Positions 19,426 to 28,902 of a stretch of DNA of 64,000 nt are shown in pieces. Both the position numbers and the translations under genes were made by a program. The notes beneath the pieces are model-generated. The model made no database searches and had not been told where the DNA came from. It was given only the letters and a program-made list of their open reading frames with translations. Source of the stretch: Patescibacteria group bacterium (GTDB lineage Bacteria; Patescibacteriota; Minisyncoccia; Phycocordibacterales; Phycocordibacteraceae); the NCBI GenBank assembly GCA_040388985.1, contig JAZKAU010000002.1, forward strand, positions 420,114 through 484,113, read 5' to 3'. How positions within the stretch are numbered: position 1 is the stretch's first letter; each line of letters starts with the position of its first letter.

Positions 19426-20148
19426 ATGGAAACTACGAAAGGAAATAACGTCTTTGTGGAACGCTACCTGACGCCGATAGCGGTCCTGCTCGCAGCAGTC
19501 ATCATCGCCTTCGCCTTCATCTTCGGGCGCGGAGCGGGCGCTCCGGCGACCCAGCCGGTAGGCACGGCGGCACAGCCTACGGTGAATATCGCGGACGTGA
19601 AGACGGATAATGAGCCATTCATCGGCGACAAGAATGCGCCGACGACTATGGCGCTCTACTACGACTATCAGTGCCCGTTCTGCAAGCAGTTCGAAGAAGG
19701 GGTAACGCCGCAGCTCATAGAGAAGTACGTGTCGACCGGAAAGACGAAGATCGTCTTCAAGGACTTCCAGTTCCTCGGGAATGACTCCATCGACGCTGCC
19801 GTATTCGGACGCGCGCTCTGGGAGAGTCAGCCGGATAAGTTCTATCCGTGGTTCGTCGCCATGTTCGGCGCCCAGGATGACGAGGGAGATAAAGGTTTCG
19901 GCGACATGGCTTCTATCGATAAGCTGGCCGCGACCGTTCCTGGCCTCGATGTCGCTAAGGTCGACGCGCTCATAGCGAAGAATCGTCCGGCATATGAAGC
20001 ACTCGCTGCCGCTGATCGCGCAGAAGGCGCATCGTTCGGCATCAACGGTACGCCGACCATCATCGTCGGGACGCAGATATTCTCGGGCATGTCTCCTGCG
20101 CAGTTCTACACGAGCATCGCAGGCGTTCTCGACTCCGAGTTGAAGTAA
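19426..20148 (+). CDS. DsbA-family thiol:disulfide oxidoreductase (membrane-anchored, CPFC active site)
   Basis: N-terminal TM. 'YYDYQCPFCKQFE' CxxC. 'GINGTPTIIVG' cis-Pro loop. Confidence 0.8.
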   Translation: METTKGNNVFVERYLTPIAVLLAAVIIAFAFIFGRGAGAPATQPVGTAAQPTVNIADVKTDNEPFIGDKNAPTTMALYYDYQCPFCKQFEEGVTPQLIEKYVSTGKTKIVFKDFQFLGNDSIDAAVFGRALWESQPDKFYPWFVAMFGAQDDEGDKGFGDMASIDKLAATVPGLDVAKVDALIAKNRPAYEALAAADRAEGASFGINGTPTIIVGTQIFSGMSPAQFYTSIAGVLDSELK

Positions 20149-20152
20149 GTCA

Positions 20153-20262
20153 CTTGAAATTCCCCGATCTGCTGCGTTGCTTATTCCGAGCCTCCTTCAC
20201 CGTACGCTCTAGTACGACTCAGTTCGGTTCTCATTCGCGCCTTGCATATCGGGTTTTTCAGG
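20153..20262 (+). repeat. Intergenic repeat family 1, copy A
   Basis: gaaattccccgatctgctgcgttgc...ccgtacgctctagtacgactc...gcgccttgcatatcgggtttttcag. Confidence 0.85.
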
Positions 20263-20290
20263 CGACTTAAGAAGTTGAAATCTCAAGTAC

Positions 20291-20323
20291 ACAACGGGCG
20301 CAGCCTTCGGCTGCGCCCGTTGT
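20291..20323 (+). terminator. Perfect 15-bp stem / ttcg tetraloop hairpin
   Basis: acaacgggcgcagcc-ttcg-gctgcgcccgttgt. Confidence 0.5.
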
Positions 20324-20342
20324 GTTGTATCCTAGAAGCATC

Positions 20343-20984
20343 ATGACCCATCGGACTTTAATCCCACGCGATCCATGGTGGCATGTAGCGGGCCTCCTAT
20401 CCGGTCTCGCCTTCGCGATGATGCTCGCCTTCGCACGCCTCGACATCGACGAGTTCGCTGCGATTGATCCGCTCGTCTCTCAGCATCTCATCGCGCTCCA
20501 GAATCTAGGGACGGTCGAGATATTCCTCGCGATCACCGTGCTCGGCAGTACGCTCGGCATACTCCTGGTCACGCTTGCCGTGGCGTATTTCCTCAGGCGT
20601 AACCTGAACGCAGTATTCAAGCTCTTCTTCCTCATCATAGGCGCAGGGGCAACTATGGGTATCGCGAAGACCTTCGTTGAGCGCGCGCGTCCTGACGTGC
20701 TGGCGTGGCTCGACCCGCTCTCATCCTTCTCTTTCCCGAGCGGGCACGCGACTCTTACAACCGCGCTCTATGGCTTCATCGCGGTAGAGTCATACCGGCG
20801 CGGGCGTGCGCGTACCGCCAAGAGTATCGGCGTCATCCTGCCGGTCTTCGTCATCATCCTGGTCGCGCTCAGCCGCATGGTGCTCAGCGCGCATTACTTC
20901 ACCGACGTCATTGCCGGAGTCCTGCTCGGCCTCTTCTGGCTCTCGGTCATATATATGCTGCCTCGCATACGTCTCGGTATCTGA
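20343..20984 (+). CDS. PAP2-family phosphatase (undecaprenyl-diphosphatase-like)
   Basis: PAP2 motifs 'KTFVERARP', 'SFPSGHAT', 'SRMVLSAHYFTDVIAG'. Start taken at ATG 20343; the ORF-track start is a GTG inside the upstream hairpin. Confidence 0.75.
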   Translation: MTHRTLIPRDPWWHVAGLLSGLAFAMMLAFARLDIDEFAAIDPLVSQHLIALQNLGTVEIFLAITVLGSTLGILLVTLAVAYFLRRNLNAVFKLFFLIIGAGATMGIAKTFVERARPDVLAWLDPLSSFSFPSGHATLTTALYGFIAVESYRRGRARTAKSIGVILPVFVIILVALSRMVLSAHYFTDVIAGVLLGLFWLSVIYMLPRIRLGI

Positions 20985-21077
20985 AGAAAAGCTTATTGAT
21001 ACCTCTTCGCACTATCCCCACCTAACCTTCATACCCGCTCTGGTATAAGGAGGTATAGCCTCTAACCTACTATCCCC

Positions 21078-21629
21078 ATGAATACCTACAATCTGCTCGC
21101 CATCTCCGGCAGTCTCCGTGAGAAGTCATATAACACGATGCTCGCGCATGCCTTCAAGGCGCTTGCGCCCGAAGGCGTCGATATCACGATAGCTGACATC
21201 AGTACGCTGCCTCTCTTCAATCAGGACCTGGAAGCAGACTTCCCGAAAGAGGCGAGCGACCTCAAGGCGCTCATATCAGGCGCTGATGGCATACTCGTCA
21301 TAACGCCTGAATACAACCGCGGCGTGCCGGGCGTCCTCAAGAACGCCATCGACTGGACGAGCCGTCCGTACGGGCAAGGCGCCTGGAACGGCAAGCCGGT
21401 ATTTGTCGCAGGAGCGTCTGTGGGTGCGGTAGGTACTGCACTCTCGCAAGCAAGCCTGCGCCAGTCGATGCTCTTCATGGGCGCGCTCGTGCTCGGACAG
21501 CCGGAATTCTATCTCGGCTCCGCACAGGATAAGTTTGCCGAGGACGGTACGCTCACGGACGAGAGTACGAAAGAGCATATCCGGGGCGCACTTTCCGCTT
21601 TCACGGCATTCATAGACAAGCTTCGATAG
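21078..21629 (+). CDS. NAD(P)H-dependent FMN reductase
   Basis: 'LLAISGSLREKSYNTML', 'ITPEYNRGVPGVLKNAIDW' flavodoxin-like motifs. Confidence 0.8.
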   Translation: MNTYNLLAISGSLREKSYNTMLAHAFKALAPEGVDITIADISTLPLFNQDLEADFPKEASDLKALISGADGILVITPEYNRGVPGVLKNAIDWTSRPYGQGAWNGKPVFVAGASVGAVGTALSQASLRQSMLFMGALVLGQPEFYLGSAQDKFAEDGTLTDESTKEHIRGALSAFTAFIDKLR

Positions 21630-21641
21630 GAACACCGGTGC

Positions 21642-21680
21642 GAACCACACATGCCTCACGGCGCGCGGCATGTGTGGTTC
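21642..21680. terminator. Bidirectional terminator hairpin (14-bp stem) between convergent genes
   Basis: gaaccacacatgcc...ggcatgtgtggttc. Confidence 0.5.
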
Positions 21681-21703
21681 CTAGCATGATCTTGCCCGAC
21701 CCA

Positions 21704-22753
21704 CTACTTGGCTTCCTTTGAATCCTGCGGCGCGTATATCGACAGAAGACCGATAAGCAGGCTCACGGTGAGCGGTCCCAAGAATACGCCGGCCGCGCCG
21801 AAGAGCGCGATGCCGCCGAGCACGGAAAGCAGGATGAGGAGAGGGTGGATGCTCGCGCGGCCTCCGACCAGCCGCGGATTGAGGAAGTTATCGATAAAGA
21901 CGACGACTATGACGCTCCAGATAAGTAGGCCGATGCCATGCACGGTGTGGCCCGCGACGAAGAGATAGATGATGGTCGGTATGAGCACGAGTGACGTGCC
22001 GACACCCGGAACGAGCGCCGCAAAGCCCGCCATGGTGCCCCACAGCAGGGCATTGGGTACGCCAAATATGGTGAAGCTCACGCAGGCAAGCACGCCTTGC
22101 AAGAAGGCCATGGTCAGGTGCCCCTTCACGACGGAGTCGACCGTGTGAGCCAGTCGGGTCAGCAGCGTGTCGGTCTCCTCATCGGTAAGTGGGGAGAGGC
22201 GCAGCAAGGCCGCATGCGTCGCATGCTCTTCCTTCAGGAAATAGTAGAGCGCCATGAGGAATATGAAGAAGTCTAGGAGAACTTCGAGAACGCGAGAGAA
22301 TGCGTCAGCTGCATGCGCGAGCAGCCAGGCAAGTGCCTGACGAGAATACCCTCGAACGTTCTGCGGGATGTTGCGGATGTAGTCGCCGGACCCTGGTGCC
22401 TTCCGGTCAAACGCGTCTGCCACGTGATCGGCCGCGCCTTGGATACGGACCAGGCTCGCCGGAGCCGCGACGGAAGAATAGACGTTCTGAGTCTGCGAGA
22501 AAAGTTCGATGCTGATGAAACTCACGGGCACCATGATGCATATCAGGCCGATAAGTAGTGAGAAGAAGGCCACGAGACCTCGCCACCGCGGCATCGCGCG
22601 CAGAAGGCGCTTGAAAAGAGGACGAAGGATGACGGAGAATATGGCGGCTAGCGCGAGCGCGACCAGGAACGGTCGGAAAAGCGAGAAGGTGAGCACGAGC
22701 ATGACCAGGATGACGGACGTCAGGAAGTACGGACGGATAGAGGCGTGATTCAT
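21704..22753 (-). CDS. AI-2E family transporter (PerM/UPF0118)
   Basis: Eight TM helices with AI-2E N- and C-terminal signature. Start at 22753 (MNHASIRPYF) preferred over 22819. Confidence 0.7.
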   Translation of the reverse strand: MNHASIRPYFLTSVILVMLVLTFSLFRPFLVALALAAIFSVILRPLFKRLLRAMPRWRGLVAFFSLLIGLICIMVPVSFISIELFSQTQNVYSSVAAPASLVRIQGAADHVADAFDRKAPGSGDYIRNIPQNVRGYSRQALAWLLAHAADAFSRVLEVLLDFFIFLMALYYFLKEEHATHAALLRLSPLTDEETDTLLTRLAHTVDSVVKGHLTMAFLQGVLACVSFTIFGVPNALLWGTMAGFAALVPGVGTSLVLIPTIIYLFVAGHTVHGIGLLIWSVIVVVFIDNFLNPRLVGGRASIHPLLILLSVLGGIALFGAAGVFLGPLTVSLLIGLLSIYAPQDSKEAK

Positions 22754-22913
22754 AGGAGAAGCATAGCCTGAAGGGCCTCGCAAAGCGAGGCCCTTCAGCC
22801 GCGTTGGTACTATCCACACTTATCTCTCGAATGGTCTTCCGTCCGATTTGCGACGCTATACTTATAGATGATAGGGCCGAGCGCCTGTATCAATCTAGTA
22901 ACCTCAATTCATT

Positions 22914-23309
22914 ATGGCTAAAAAGATTGCCGTGCTGTTCGGTGTCATCTTCGTACTCGTGGGAATCCTGGGCTTCATCCCGAACCCGCTCGTAGGCCCG
23001 ACCGGTCTCTTTGACACGGATACGGTGCATAACCTGATTCACCTCATCTTCGGTGTGATCTTGCTCATCGTCGCGATGTCTTCTCCGATGAAGTCCGCGC
23101 TCTGGCTGAAGATCCTCGGCATCGTATATCTGCTCCTCGCCATCATCGGCTTCCTGACCGTTCCGGATGGCGGTTCGCTGCTTGGCATCGCGATGACGAA
23201 TATGGCTGATCATTGGCTCCATATCGTCCTCGGTATCGTGCTTCTGGTCGCTGGCGTTGTTTCGAACAAGCCATCTGCACCAGCTCCTGTGCCTCCGACC
23301 TCGATGTAA
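22914..23309 (+). CDS. DUF4383 membrane protein
   Basis: 'MAKKIAVLFGVIFVLVGILGFIP...TDTVHNLIHLIFG' is the canonical DUF4383 N-terminus. Confidence 0.7.
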   Translation: MAKKIAVLFGVIFVLVGILGFIPNPLVGPTGLFDTDTVHNLIHLIFGVILLIVAMSSPMKSALWLKILGIVYLLLAIIGFLTVPDGGSLLGIAMTNMADHWLHIVLGIVLLVAGVVSNKPSAPAPVPPTSM

Positions 23310-23329
23310 TACCTGTTCGAGCATAGGTG

Positions 23330-23366
23330 AAAGAGCGCAGGGGCCTTCGGCCCCTGCGCTCTTTTC
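23330..23366 (+). terminator. Rho-independent terminator
   Basis: aaagagcgcaggggcc-ttcg-gcccctgcgctcttttct. Confidence 0.7.
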
Positions 23367-23857
23367 TACTTCGTATGAAAACAGTTGCCGAACAACAAGG
23401 TTGTTCGGCGGGCGGAAAGAGAGAGAATTACGGAAGGGAAGAGAGAGGTATCGAGGGAGCTTGCGGGAGCGAAAGAGAGGGATGGGATGAAAGCGAAACG
23501 GATGCGCTTCCTGCCGATCCAGCTAATTGTGCTGCGGCGTCTGCAGAGATGCGGGCGCCATGCAAGAACGATACGGCGGTCTGTTCACCTTCGGAAAGAA
23601 CGGAGGGAATCATGAGTCTGAGGATAATAAGAAGTATCCCGAAACCTATGGCGCGGAAGATAGGCATACGAGTAGGATTACGGTAGTAAGTCGCATGAGT
23701 CAGGCTCATAACGACGGAACAAGTGCGTGTTCCCAGTCGATGCATCTCTCCCTCCACTTCTTATAACTACGTTTTTCCGGGAAGGTTGCAATCCAGCATC
23801 CCTTATCCCCCTACCCTTCATGAAGGGATTACCACCCATAGGTGCTACTATCCGGGT

Positions 23858-24589
23858 ATGAAAGATACTACCTGGCACTCATTTATGGATAATCAGTTCG
23901 TGCGTCTTGCGGTCGTCCTCGGGCTCGCGCTTATCGTAACTGCCGTCATAGCAGCCGGAGTCGCGATAACGTTCCTGAATCAGCACAATACCGTTACGTC
24001 CTCAGGAGTCGCTCGAACTACCGTCCAGGCGGATTCCGCCTATCTTCTCGTTACCATCTCAACCGACTCGGCAGATGGCTCGGATAGTGGCGCGAATAAG
24101 AAGCTCGAAGCTGATACCAAGACCGTCACGGCATTCCTGGGGAAGCATGACGTACTCGATATGGAAATGACGGTCGAGCCCATTACCACGACCAATTCAT
24201 ACGAGGGAAGCAACGCAAGCGCTCGCGACATACAGATACGTTCGAGCCGCGTTTCCGATATGGCTGCGCTCGCCGGAGCCCTCTCGACCCTCTCAGTTGC
24301 GGGAGAAACTATCAGCGTCAGTACGCCGGAATACTATTACACGAAGATTCCTGAGCTACAGATTACCTTGGCAGGAGAAGCGCTCGCAAGTGCGCAAGCA
24401 CAGGCAAAGGCCATCGCACGCCAGAGCGGCCACTCGCTCGGCAGTCTCCAATCTTCGAGTTCGCGCGATCCGATCATACAGATACCGAATACGGAGGGTT
24501 CGTACTCGTACAACAGTAACGCTAACGAAATCAACATGATACAGAAGGAAGTCGTCATGACCGTGGATGCGACGTTCTATCTTAAGTAG
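23858..24589 (+). CDS. SIMPL-domain (DUF541) protein, membrane-anchored
   Basis: N-terminal TM. '...QAQAKAIARQSGHSLGSL...' SIMPL core. Confidence 0.6.
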   Translation: MKDTTWHSFMDNQFVRLAVVLGLALIVTAVIAAGVAITFLNQHNTVTSSGVARTTVQADSAYLLVTISTDSADGSDSGANKKLEADTKTVTAFLGKHDVLDMEMTVEPITTTNSYEGSNASARDIQIRSSRVSDMAALAGALSTLSVAGETISVSTPEYYYTKIPELQITLAGEALASAQAQAKAIARQSGHSLGSLQSSSSRDPIIQIPNTEGSYSYNSNANEINMIQKEVVMTVDATFYLK

Positions 24590-24600
24590 CTGATATGCAA

Positions 24601-24641
24601 GGTAAGAGGCGGCCCCCATGGGGCCGCCTCTTACCTTTTTA
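24601..24641 (+). terminator. Rho-independent terminator
   Basis: ggtaagaggcggcccc-catg-gggccgcctcttacc ttttta. Confidence 0.75.
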
Positions 24642-24675
24642 TTGAATGACCTTGTGCATACGGGTCGAGCGATAT

Positions 24676-24705
24676 CTTGACAAAAGAGCATATATAGTAG
24701 TATAA
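24676..24705 (+). promoter_or_regulatory. Sigma70-like promoter (TTGACA-18-TATAAT)
   Basis: 'atcTTGACAaaagagcatatatagtagTATAATac' lies upstream of the small-ORF pair. Confidence 0.4.
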
Positions 24706-24735
24706 TACACACAGGAAATCAAAGGAGAGATTCCG

Positions 24736-24936
24736 ATGTATAGCGGTCGTGAGTACCGGTCAGATCTCAAGCGAGCCTGGAAGCCGGTAGGGAAATCGAT
24801 CGCAGTCTTCGGGAAATCTCTCTCGCTACGCGATCCTTTCAATTCGTTCATGCCGTGCTGCCTGATGGTCGTCCGGTTGGTATGGTTTTTCTTTCAGCTC
24901 GCGTTCTTCACCGTTCGCAAGCTGCGCAACCCTTAG
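24736..24936 (+). CDS. Small hypothetical membrane protein (66 aa)
   Basis: RBS 'aaggagag' sits 6 nt upstream. Hydrophobic C-terminus. Confidence 0.4.
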   Translation: MYSGREYRSDLKRAWKPVGKSIAVFGKSLSLRDPFNSFMPCCLMVVRLVWFFFQLAFFTVRKLRNP

Positions 24937-24947
24937 GGAGGGAATCA

Positions 24948-25220
24948 ATGACTCATCTACTCCAACTCCTGCTCCGGATATTTCTCGGGACATGGCGCCG
25001 TGTCCTGGGGACGACAATTCTCGTTCTCCTCCATGTCCTTTTCCCGGAGCAGGCAAAGATCGCATGGGGGAATGTCTTGGACGTGATCGGCTACATCTTC
25101 GCCCGGTTCTTTGCTGTTATCGTTGAGGCTCTGGGACCGAGTGCCCCGGGACTCACCGGTATCGCGGTTGCGCTCGGGGCCATCTGGTTCGTGTTCCGCA
25201 AGCTCAAGCAGCAGAAGTAG
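24948..25220 (+). CDS. Small hypothetical membrane protein (90 aa)
   Basis: RBS 'gggaggg'. Two predicted TM helices. A terminator follows at 25259-25292. Confidence 0.45.
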   Translation: MTHLLQLLLRIFLGTWRRVLGTTILVLLHVLFPEQAKIAWGNVLDVIGYIFARFFAVIVEALGPSAPGLTGIAVALGAIWFVFRKLKQQK

Positions 25221-25296
25221 GGAAGAGGCGCGCGGTTACTGATCTTTCTGTCCGTTCACAAGCTCCACGCCAATCCGGGTGTGGAGCTTTTAGGTT

Positions 25297-25686
25297 TTAT
25301 GATTGCTTCTCGAAATCGAGACAGACGGAGTTAATGCAATATCGCTTGCCGCCCTTGTCAGCAGGTCCGTCATCGAAGACGTGACCCAGGTGGCTGCCGC
25401 AGTTCTTGCAGAAGACTTCGGTGCGCCGCATGCCGTGCGTGTCGTCGCTGCGAAGACCTACGTTCTCTGCGACGGCTGGGTCCGTGAACGACGGCCAGCC
25501 GCTTTTCGAGTCGAATTTCGCATCAGAGCTGAAGAGGGCAGTGCCGCAGACCTTGCAATGATACATACCGTCCTCGTGATTATTCACGTATTCTCCTTTG
25601 AAAGGCGCTTCCGTGCCGCCTTCGCGTAGCACCTGATATTCTTCGGGCGTAAGCCGTTTCTTGAGTTCTTCCTCGTTCATTTCCAT
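25297..25686 (-). CDS. msrB: Peptide-methionine (R)-S-oxide reductase MsrB
   Basis: 'YHCKVCGTALF', 'GWPSF', 'CKNCGSHLGHVFDDGP' are the zinc and catalytic motifs. Confidence 0.9.
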   Translation of the reverse strand: MEMNEEELKKRLTPEEYQVLREGGTEAPFKGEYVNNHEDGMYHCKVCGTALFSSDAKFDSKSGWPSFTDPAVAENVGLRSDDTHGMRRTEVFCKNCGSHLGHVFDDGPADKGGKRYCINSVCLDFEKQS

Positions 25687-25768
25687 GAATACAGTATACC
25701 ACCGGTCCTTTCTAGCGCCCGCGTCACGTCATGGACATCAAGAACTCAGGCAGTAGAATATAGAGACT

Positions 25769-26218
25769 ATGAGCCGAACGACTCTTCTCATCTCCATACT
25801 CGTACTTTCTTTCCTGGGACTTGCTGATGCTATCTATCTTGCGCACAGCGCACTCACGGGTTCAGCGCTCGCCTGCGGTATCACTGCGCTCGACGGGTGC
25901 AATGTCGTCGCGCAGAGCGCGTATTCACGGCTCTTCGGCATTCCTCTTGCCGTCTATGGCGTGGTCTTCTATACGTTCCTGCTCGCGCTTTCCGGCCTAC
26001 TGCTCGTCGTCTCTCGCCGGCATTTCTATCACGCATTATTCGTCGTCGCCATCCTCGGCATCCTCTCCTCGATATATTTCATCGCCTTGCAGATCTTCGT
26101 CATAAAGGCGCTCTGCATATACTGTCTCGGTTCCTTCCTTATCGCGCTACTTATCTTCCTGTGTGCGTATACGTTCTATCGGTCGCATTTGCCGCGGCAC
26201 TCGGTGCCCGCGCTATAA
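25769..26218 (+). CDS. Vitamin K epoxide reductase (VKOR) family protein, the DsbB analogue
   Basis: Loop Cys pair 'ACGITALDGC' and TM CxxC 'CIYC'. Partners the DsbA-like gene at 19426. Confidence 0.7.
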   Translation: MSRTTLLISILVLSFLGLADAIYLAHSALTGSALACGITALDGCNVVAQSAYSRLFGIPLAVYGVVFYTFLLALSGLLLVVSRRHFYHALFVVAILGILSSIYFIALQIFVIKALCIYCLGSFLIALLIFLCAYTFYRSHLPRHSVPAL

Positions 26219-26225
26219 TCTCGGT

Positions 26226-27410
26226 ATGATACGAACACTCCGCACGCTTTCGTTCCTCTTCCTTCTCGTAGGGTTAGTGACGCCCGGAGCAGGTTCGCAT
26301 GCGCATGCGGCGCAGGGGACGACGAGCGGTGCGACGACCACCTCACCTAACATCTACATCGCCGATACGCAGGTCGTCATCTCGACTCCCGTATCCGCTG
26401 ACCTTTCGGCGCTCGGTGGTTCCATCGATGTCTATGCGCCGGTCGCAGGTAATGTGCTCGCGCTCGGCGGCACGGTGCTGGTGGAGAAGCCAGTGGAGCA
26501 TAGCGTCCGGGCGGCGGGCGGACGCGTTATCGTGAGCGGGAGCGCAGGTGGCGACGTCGCAACTGCCGGCGGCTCTGTTACTATCACCGGCACGTCTTCA
26601 AATATCTTCGCGCTCGGCGGTACCGTGAATTCGACTGGCGGCTCCACGGGCGACGTAACGCTCTATGGCGCGAACGTGAACCTTGCGGGAACGTATGGTG
26701 GCAATGTCACGGTCATCGCCTCCAACCGCTTCACGCTTGGGGACGAAACGCATATCAAGGGCAATCTCCGGTATAACGCGCCGCAGCAGATTGTCGTTCC
26801 GGCCGGAAGCAGCATTGCGGGAGCGGTAACGTACACCGGCTCATACTCCTATGTCCCAACGAACGAAGAAGCGCGACGCTATGCAGTGGCCGGAGCAGGC
26901 ATTTTCTTCATCGTTCGGGTACTGGCGGGCATGATAGTGGCGGGACTCATCGCTGGGCTGTTCCCGCAATTTGCGAACGCCGTCATCGACTTCGTAGTTC
27001 CGCGCGGAGCAAGGCGTATCGTGCTTTCGGGACTCCTCGGCTTCGCGCTCTTCGTCGCGACGCCTATCTTGATATTGCTCCTCTTCATCTCATTCGTGGG
27101 CGCGGGCCTGGCCTTCGTCTTCGGACCGCTCTATCTCCTCCTTGCACTGCTCGCCTATGTGTTTGCCGGCATACTCGTGGGCGCTGTCCTGCGGAAATTC
27201 GTACTCTTCCGACTGCGCGGATATACGCTATTCACCTGGAAGGACGCCGTGATCGGAACTATCGTCCTTCACCTTATCGCCCTGATTCCCGTAGTCGGGC
27301 TCATACTCACGCTTCTGCTCACCGCTATCTCTGCGGGCAGCATCGCAGCGCTTAGCTACGGCTTTGCCTTCCGCGCGCGTGATACGTATAGCAGCGACTC
27401 ACTTGCCTAA
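26226..27410 (+). CDS. Secreted beta-helix-repeat protein with C-terminal multi-TM anchor (hypothetical)
   Basis: Signal peptide, ~10 degenerate 'GG.V.V.G...G' repeats, then 4 TM helices. Confidence 0.5.
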   Translation: MIRTLRTLSFLFLLVGLVTPGAGSHAHAAQGTTSGATTTSPNIYIADTQVVISTPVSADLSALGGSIDVYAPVAGNVLALGGTVLVEKPVEHSVRAAGGRVIVSGSAGGDVATAGGSVTITGTSSNIFALGGTVNSTGGSTGDVTLYGANVNLAGTYGGNVTVIASNRFTLGDETHIKGNLRYNAPQQIVVPAGSSIAGAVTYTGSYSYVPTNEEARRYAVAGAGIFFIVRVLAGMIVAGLIAGLFPQFANAVIDFVVPRGARRIVLSGLLGFALFVATPILILLLFISFVGAGLAFVFGPLYLLLALLAYVFAGILVGAVLRKFVLFRLRGYTLFTWKDAVIGTIVLHLIALIPVVGLILTLLLTAISAGSIAALSYGFAFRARDTYSSDSLA

Positions 27411-27412
27411 TA

Positions 27413-27879
27413 TGATGCCAATAATCGGACAGCACGCCCCTGACTTCACGCTTCTCGATCAGGATGGCGCCACGCGTACGCTCGAGGAATATCGCGGTCG
27501 CTACGTCCTTCTCTACTTCTATCCGAAAGATGATACTCCCGGCTGCACGAAGGAAGCCTGTGCCATTCGCGACGCCTTTCCGGATTTTACAGGCGCAAGC
27601 GCCGTCGTACTCGGCATCTCGCCTGATAGCGTGAAGAGCCATAAGAAGTTTACAGAGAAATACGAATTACCGTTTACGCTCCTGGCCGATGAGGGACATG
27701 CAATTGCAGATATGTATGGCGTATGGGGAAGGAAGAAGTTCATGGGGAAAGAGTATGATGGCGTCTTCCGCACATCATTTCTCATAGCGCCTGACGGCAC
27801 GATCGCCAAAGTCTACGAGAGCGTGAAGCCGGAGCTCCACGCAGCTGAAGTGCTCAAGGACCTGCAAGAACTATCATGA
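27413..27879 (+). CDS. bcp: Thiol peroxidase Bcp (peroxiredoxin)
   Basis: 'FYPKDDTPGCTKEAC' peroxidatic Cys motif. Confidence 0.85.
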
Positions 27880-28583
27880 CGTCGTTGCCCGTGCTGAGCA
27901 CCCCCGGATTACCTCCAGGCACAAGCACCCAGGAAGAACGCACACAACGCGCGGGGAAGATGGTCGCCTATCTGAAGCATGCGTATCCGGTGCCTTCGAC
28001 AGAGTTGCATTACCAGACTCCATTCCAGCTGGTGGTTGCCGTCATGCTCTCGGCGCAATGTACAGATAAGAAGGTGAACCAGGTGACAGATACGCTCTAT
28101 AAGAAATACAAGAACATAGAAGATTTTGCAGATGCCGATTGGGATACGCTTACCGAGGAAACGCAAGGCATCACCTTCCACAGGACGAAGACCAAGCACG
28201 TAATCGCGGCAGCGAAGCTGCTGCGGGATGAATTCGCGGGTACGGTGCCGCAGACAGAAGCAGAGCTCGTACGCCTTCCGGGTGTCGCGTACAAGACCGC
28301 GCATGTCATCATGGGCGAGCTCTATCAGATATGGGAGGGCATCCCGACCGATACGCACGTCAGGCGTTTCGCGTTACGGTTCGATCTCACCGGCAATACC
28401 GAGCTTACGAAGATATCAAAAGACTTGGAGGCGCTCATTCCAAAAGCTGACTGGAAATATGTAAATAACGGCCTCGTGCTCTACGGCCGGTATGTGTGCC
28501 CGGCGCGTCCGCATGACTGCGACGAGCATCCTCTGACCAAGATATGGCCGCCAGCAGCCCATCGCTGGCCGAAGGCGAAGTAG
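27876..28583 (+). CDS. nth: Endonuclease III-family DNA glycosylase (HhH-GPD); FeS-cluster loop apparently reduced to 2 Cys
   Basis: 'LLSAQCTDKKVN', HhH 'LVRLPGVAYKTAHVIMG', catalytic Asp region. C-terminus 'CPARPHDCDEHPL' lacks the 3rd and 4th Cys. Confidence 0.75.
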   Translation: MTSLPVLSTPGLPPGTSTQEERTQRAGKMVAYLKHAYPVPSTELHYQTPFQLVVAVMLSAQCTDKKVNQVTDTLYKKYKNIEDFADADWDTLTEETQGITFHRTKTKHVIAAAKLLRDEFAGTVPQTEAELVRLPGVAYKTAHVIMGELYQIWEGIPTDTHVRRFALRFDLTGNTELTKISKDLEALIPKADWKYVNNGLVLYGRYVCPARPHDCDEHPLTKIWPPAAHRWPKAK

Positions 28584-28902
28584 CTTGACTGAAAGGGAGG
28601 ATACAGATATAGTCTGTATGTTCTCGGCTCTCAGGAATGACGCGAGGAGCACATTAGGCGGATCAAGTTGCTGATATCCAGGTTCGGTTTCCGATTAGCT
28701 ACCGGAAAATCAATGAGCGGCGTCGACGATATATATCGACATCGATCAAAGAACCTGCGGGCCCATTAGCACGCGATCTTAACATGAAGCGACATGCGTC
28801 ATTCCTAGAGTCGAGGACACGAGTTCTTTCTTTTGCAGATTATGGCACTTCCAATCCGGGGAGTGTCTTTTGCTTTTATGGGGAAGATGTACCATAGAGA
28901 TA

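Noticed and set aside
22766-22819. Longer AI-2E transporter start at 22819 and a 14-bp-stem hairpin at 22766-22796
   Set aside because: The hairpin would lie inside the coding sequence. The start at 22753 (MNHASIRPYF) gives a typical short N-terminus before TM1. The evidence is weak either way.
23384-23857. GA-rich ~470-bp tract (23400-23500 purine-rich), a minus-strand ORF (23428-23757), and a 24-aa ORF with a good RBS (23612-23686)
   Set aside because: The minus-strand ORF's C-terminus is just the translated TC-rich tract (SLSLSSHPSLSLP). The 24-aa ORF is too short to support. No ncRNA motif was recognised. I left it as unexplained non-coding.
28633-28818. 11-bp inverted repeat pair (aggaatgacgc / gcgtcattcct) 164 bp apart between nth and the HAD gene
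   Set aside because: The arms are short and there is a single occurrence, which could be chance. It is not similar to the other repeat families.
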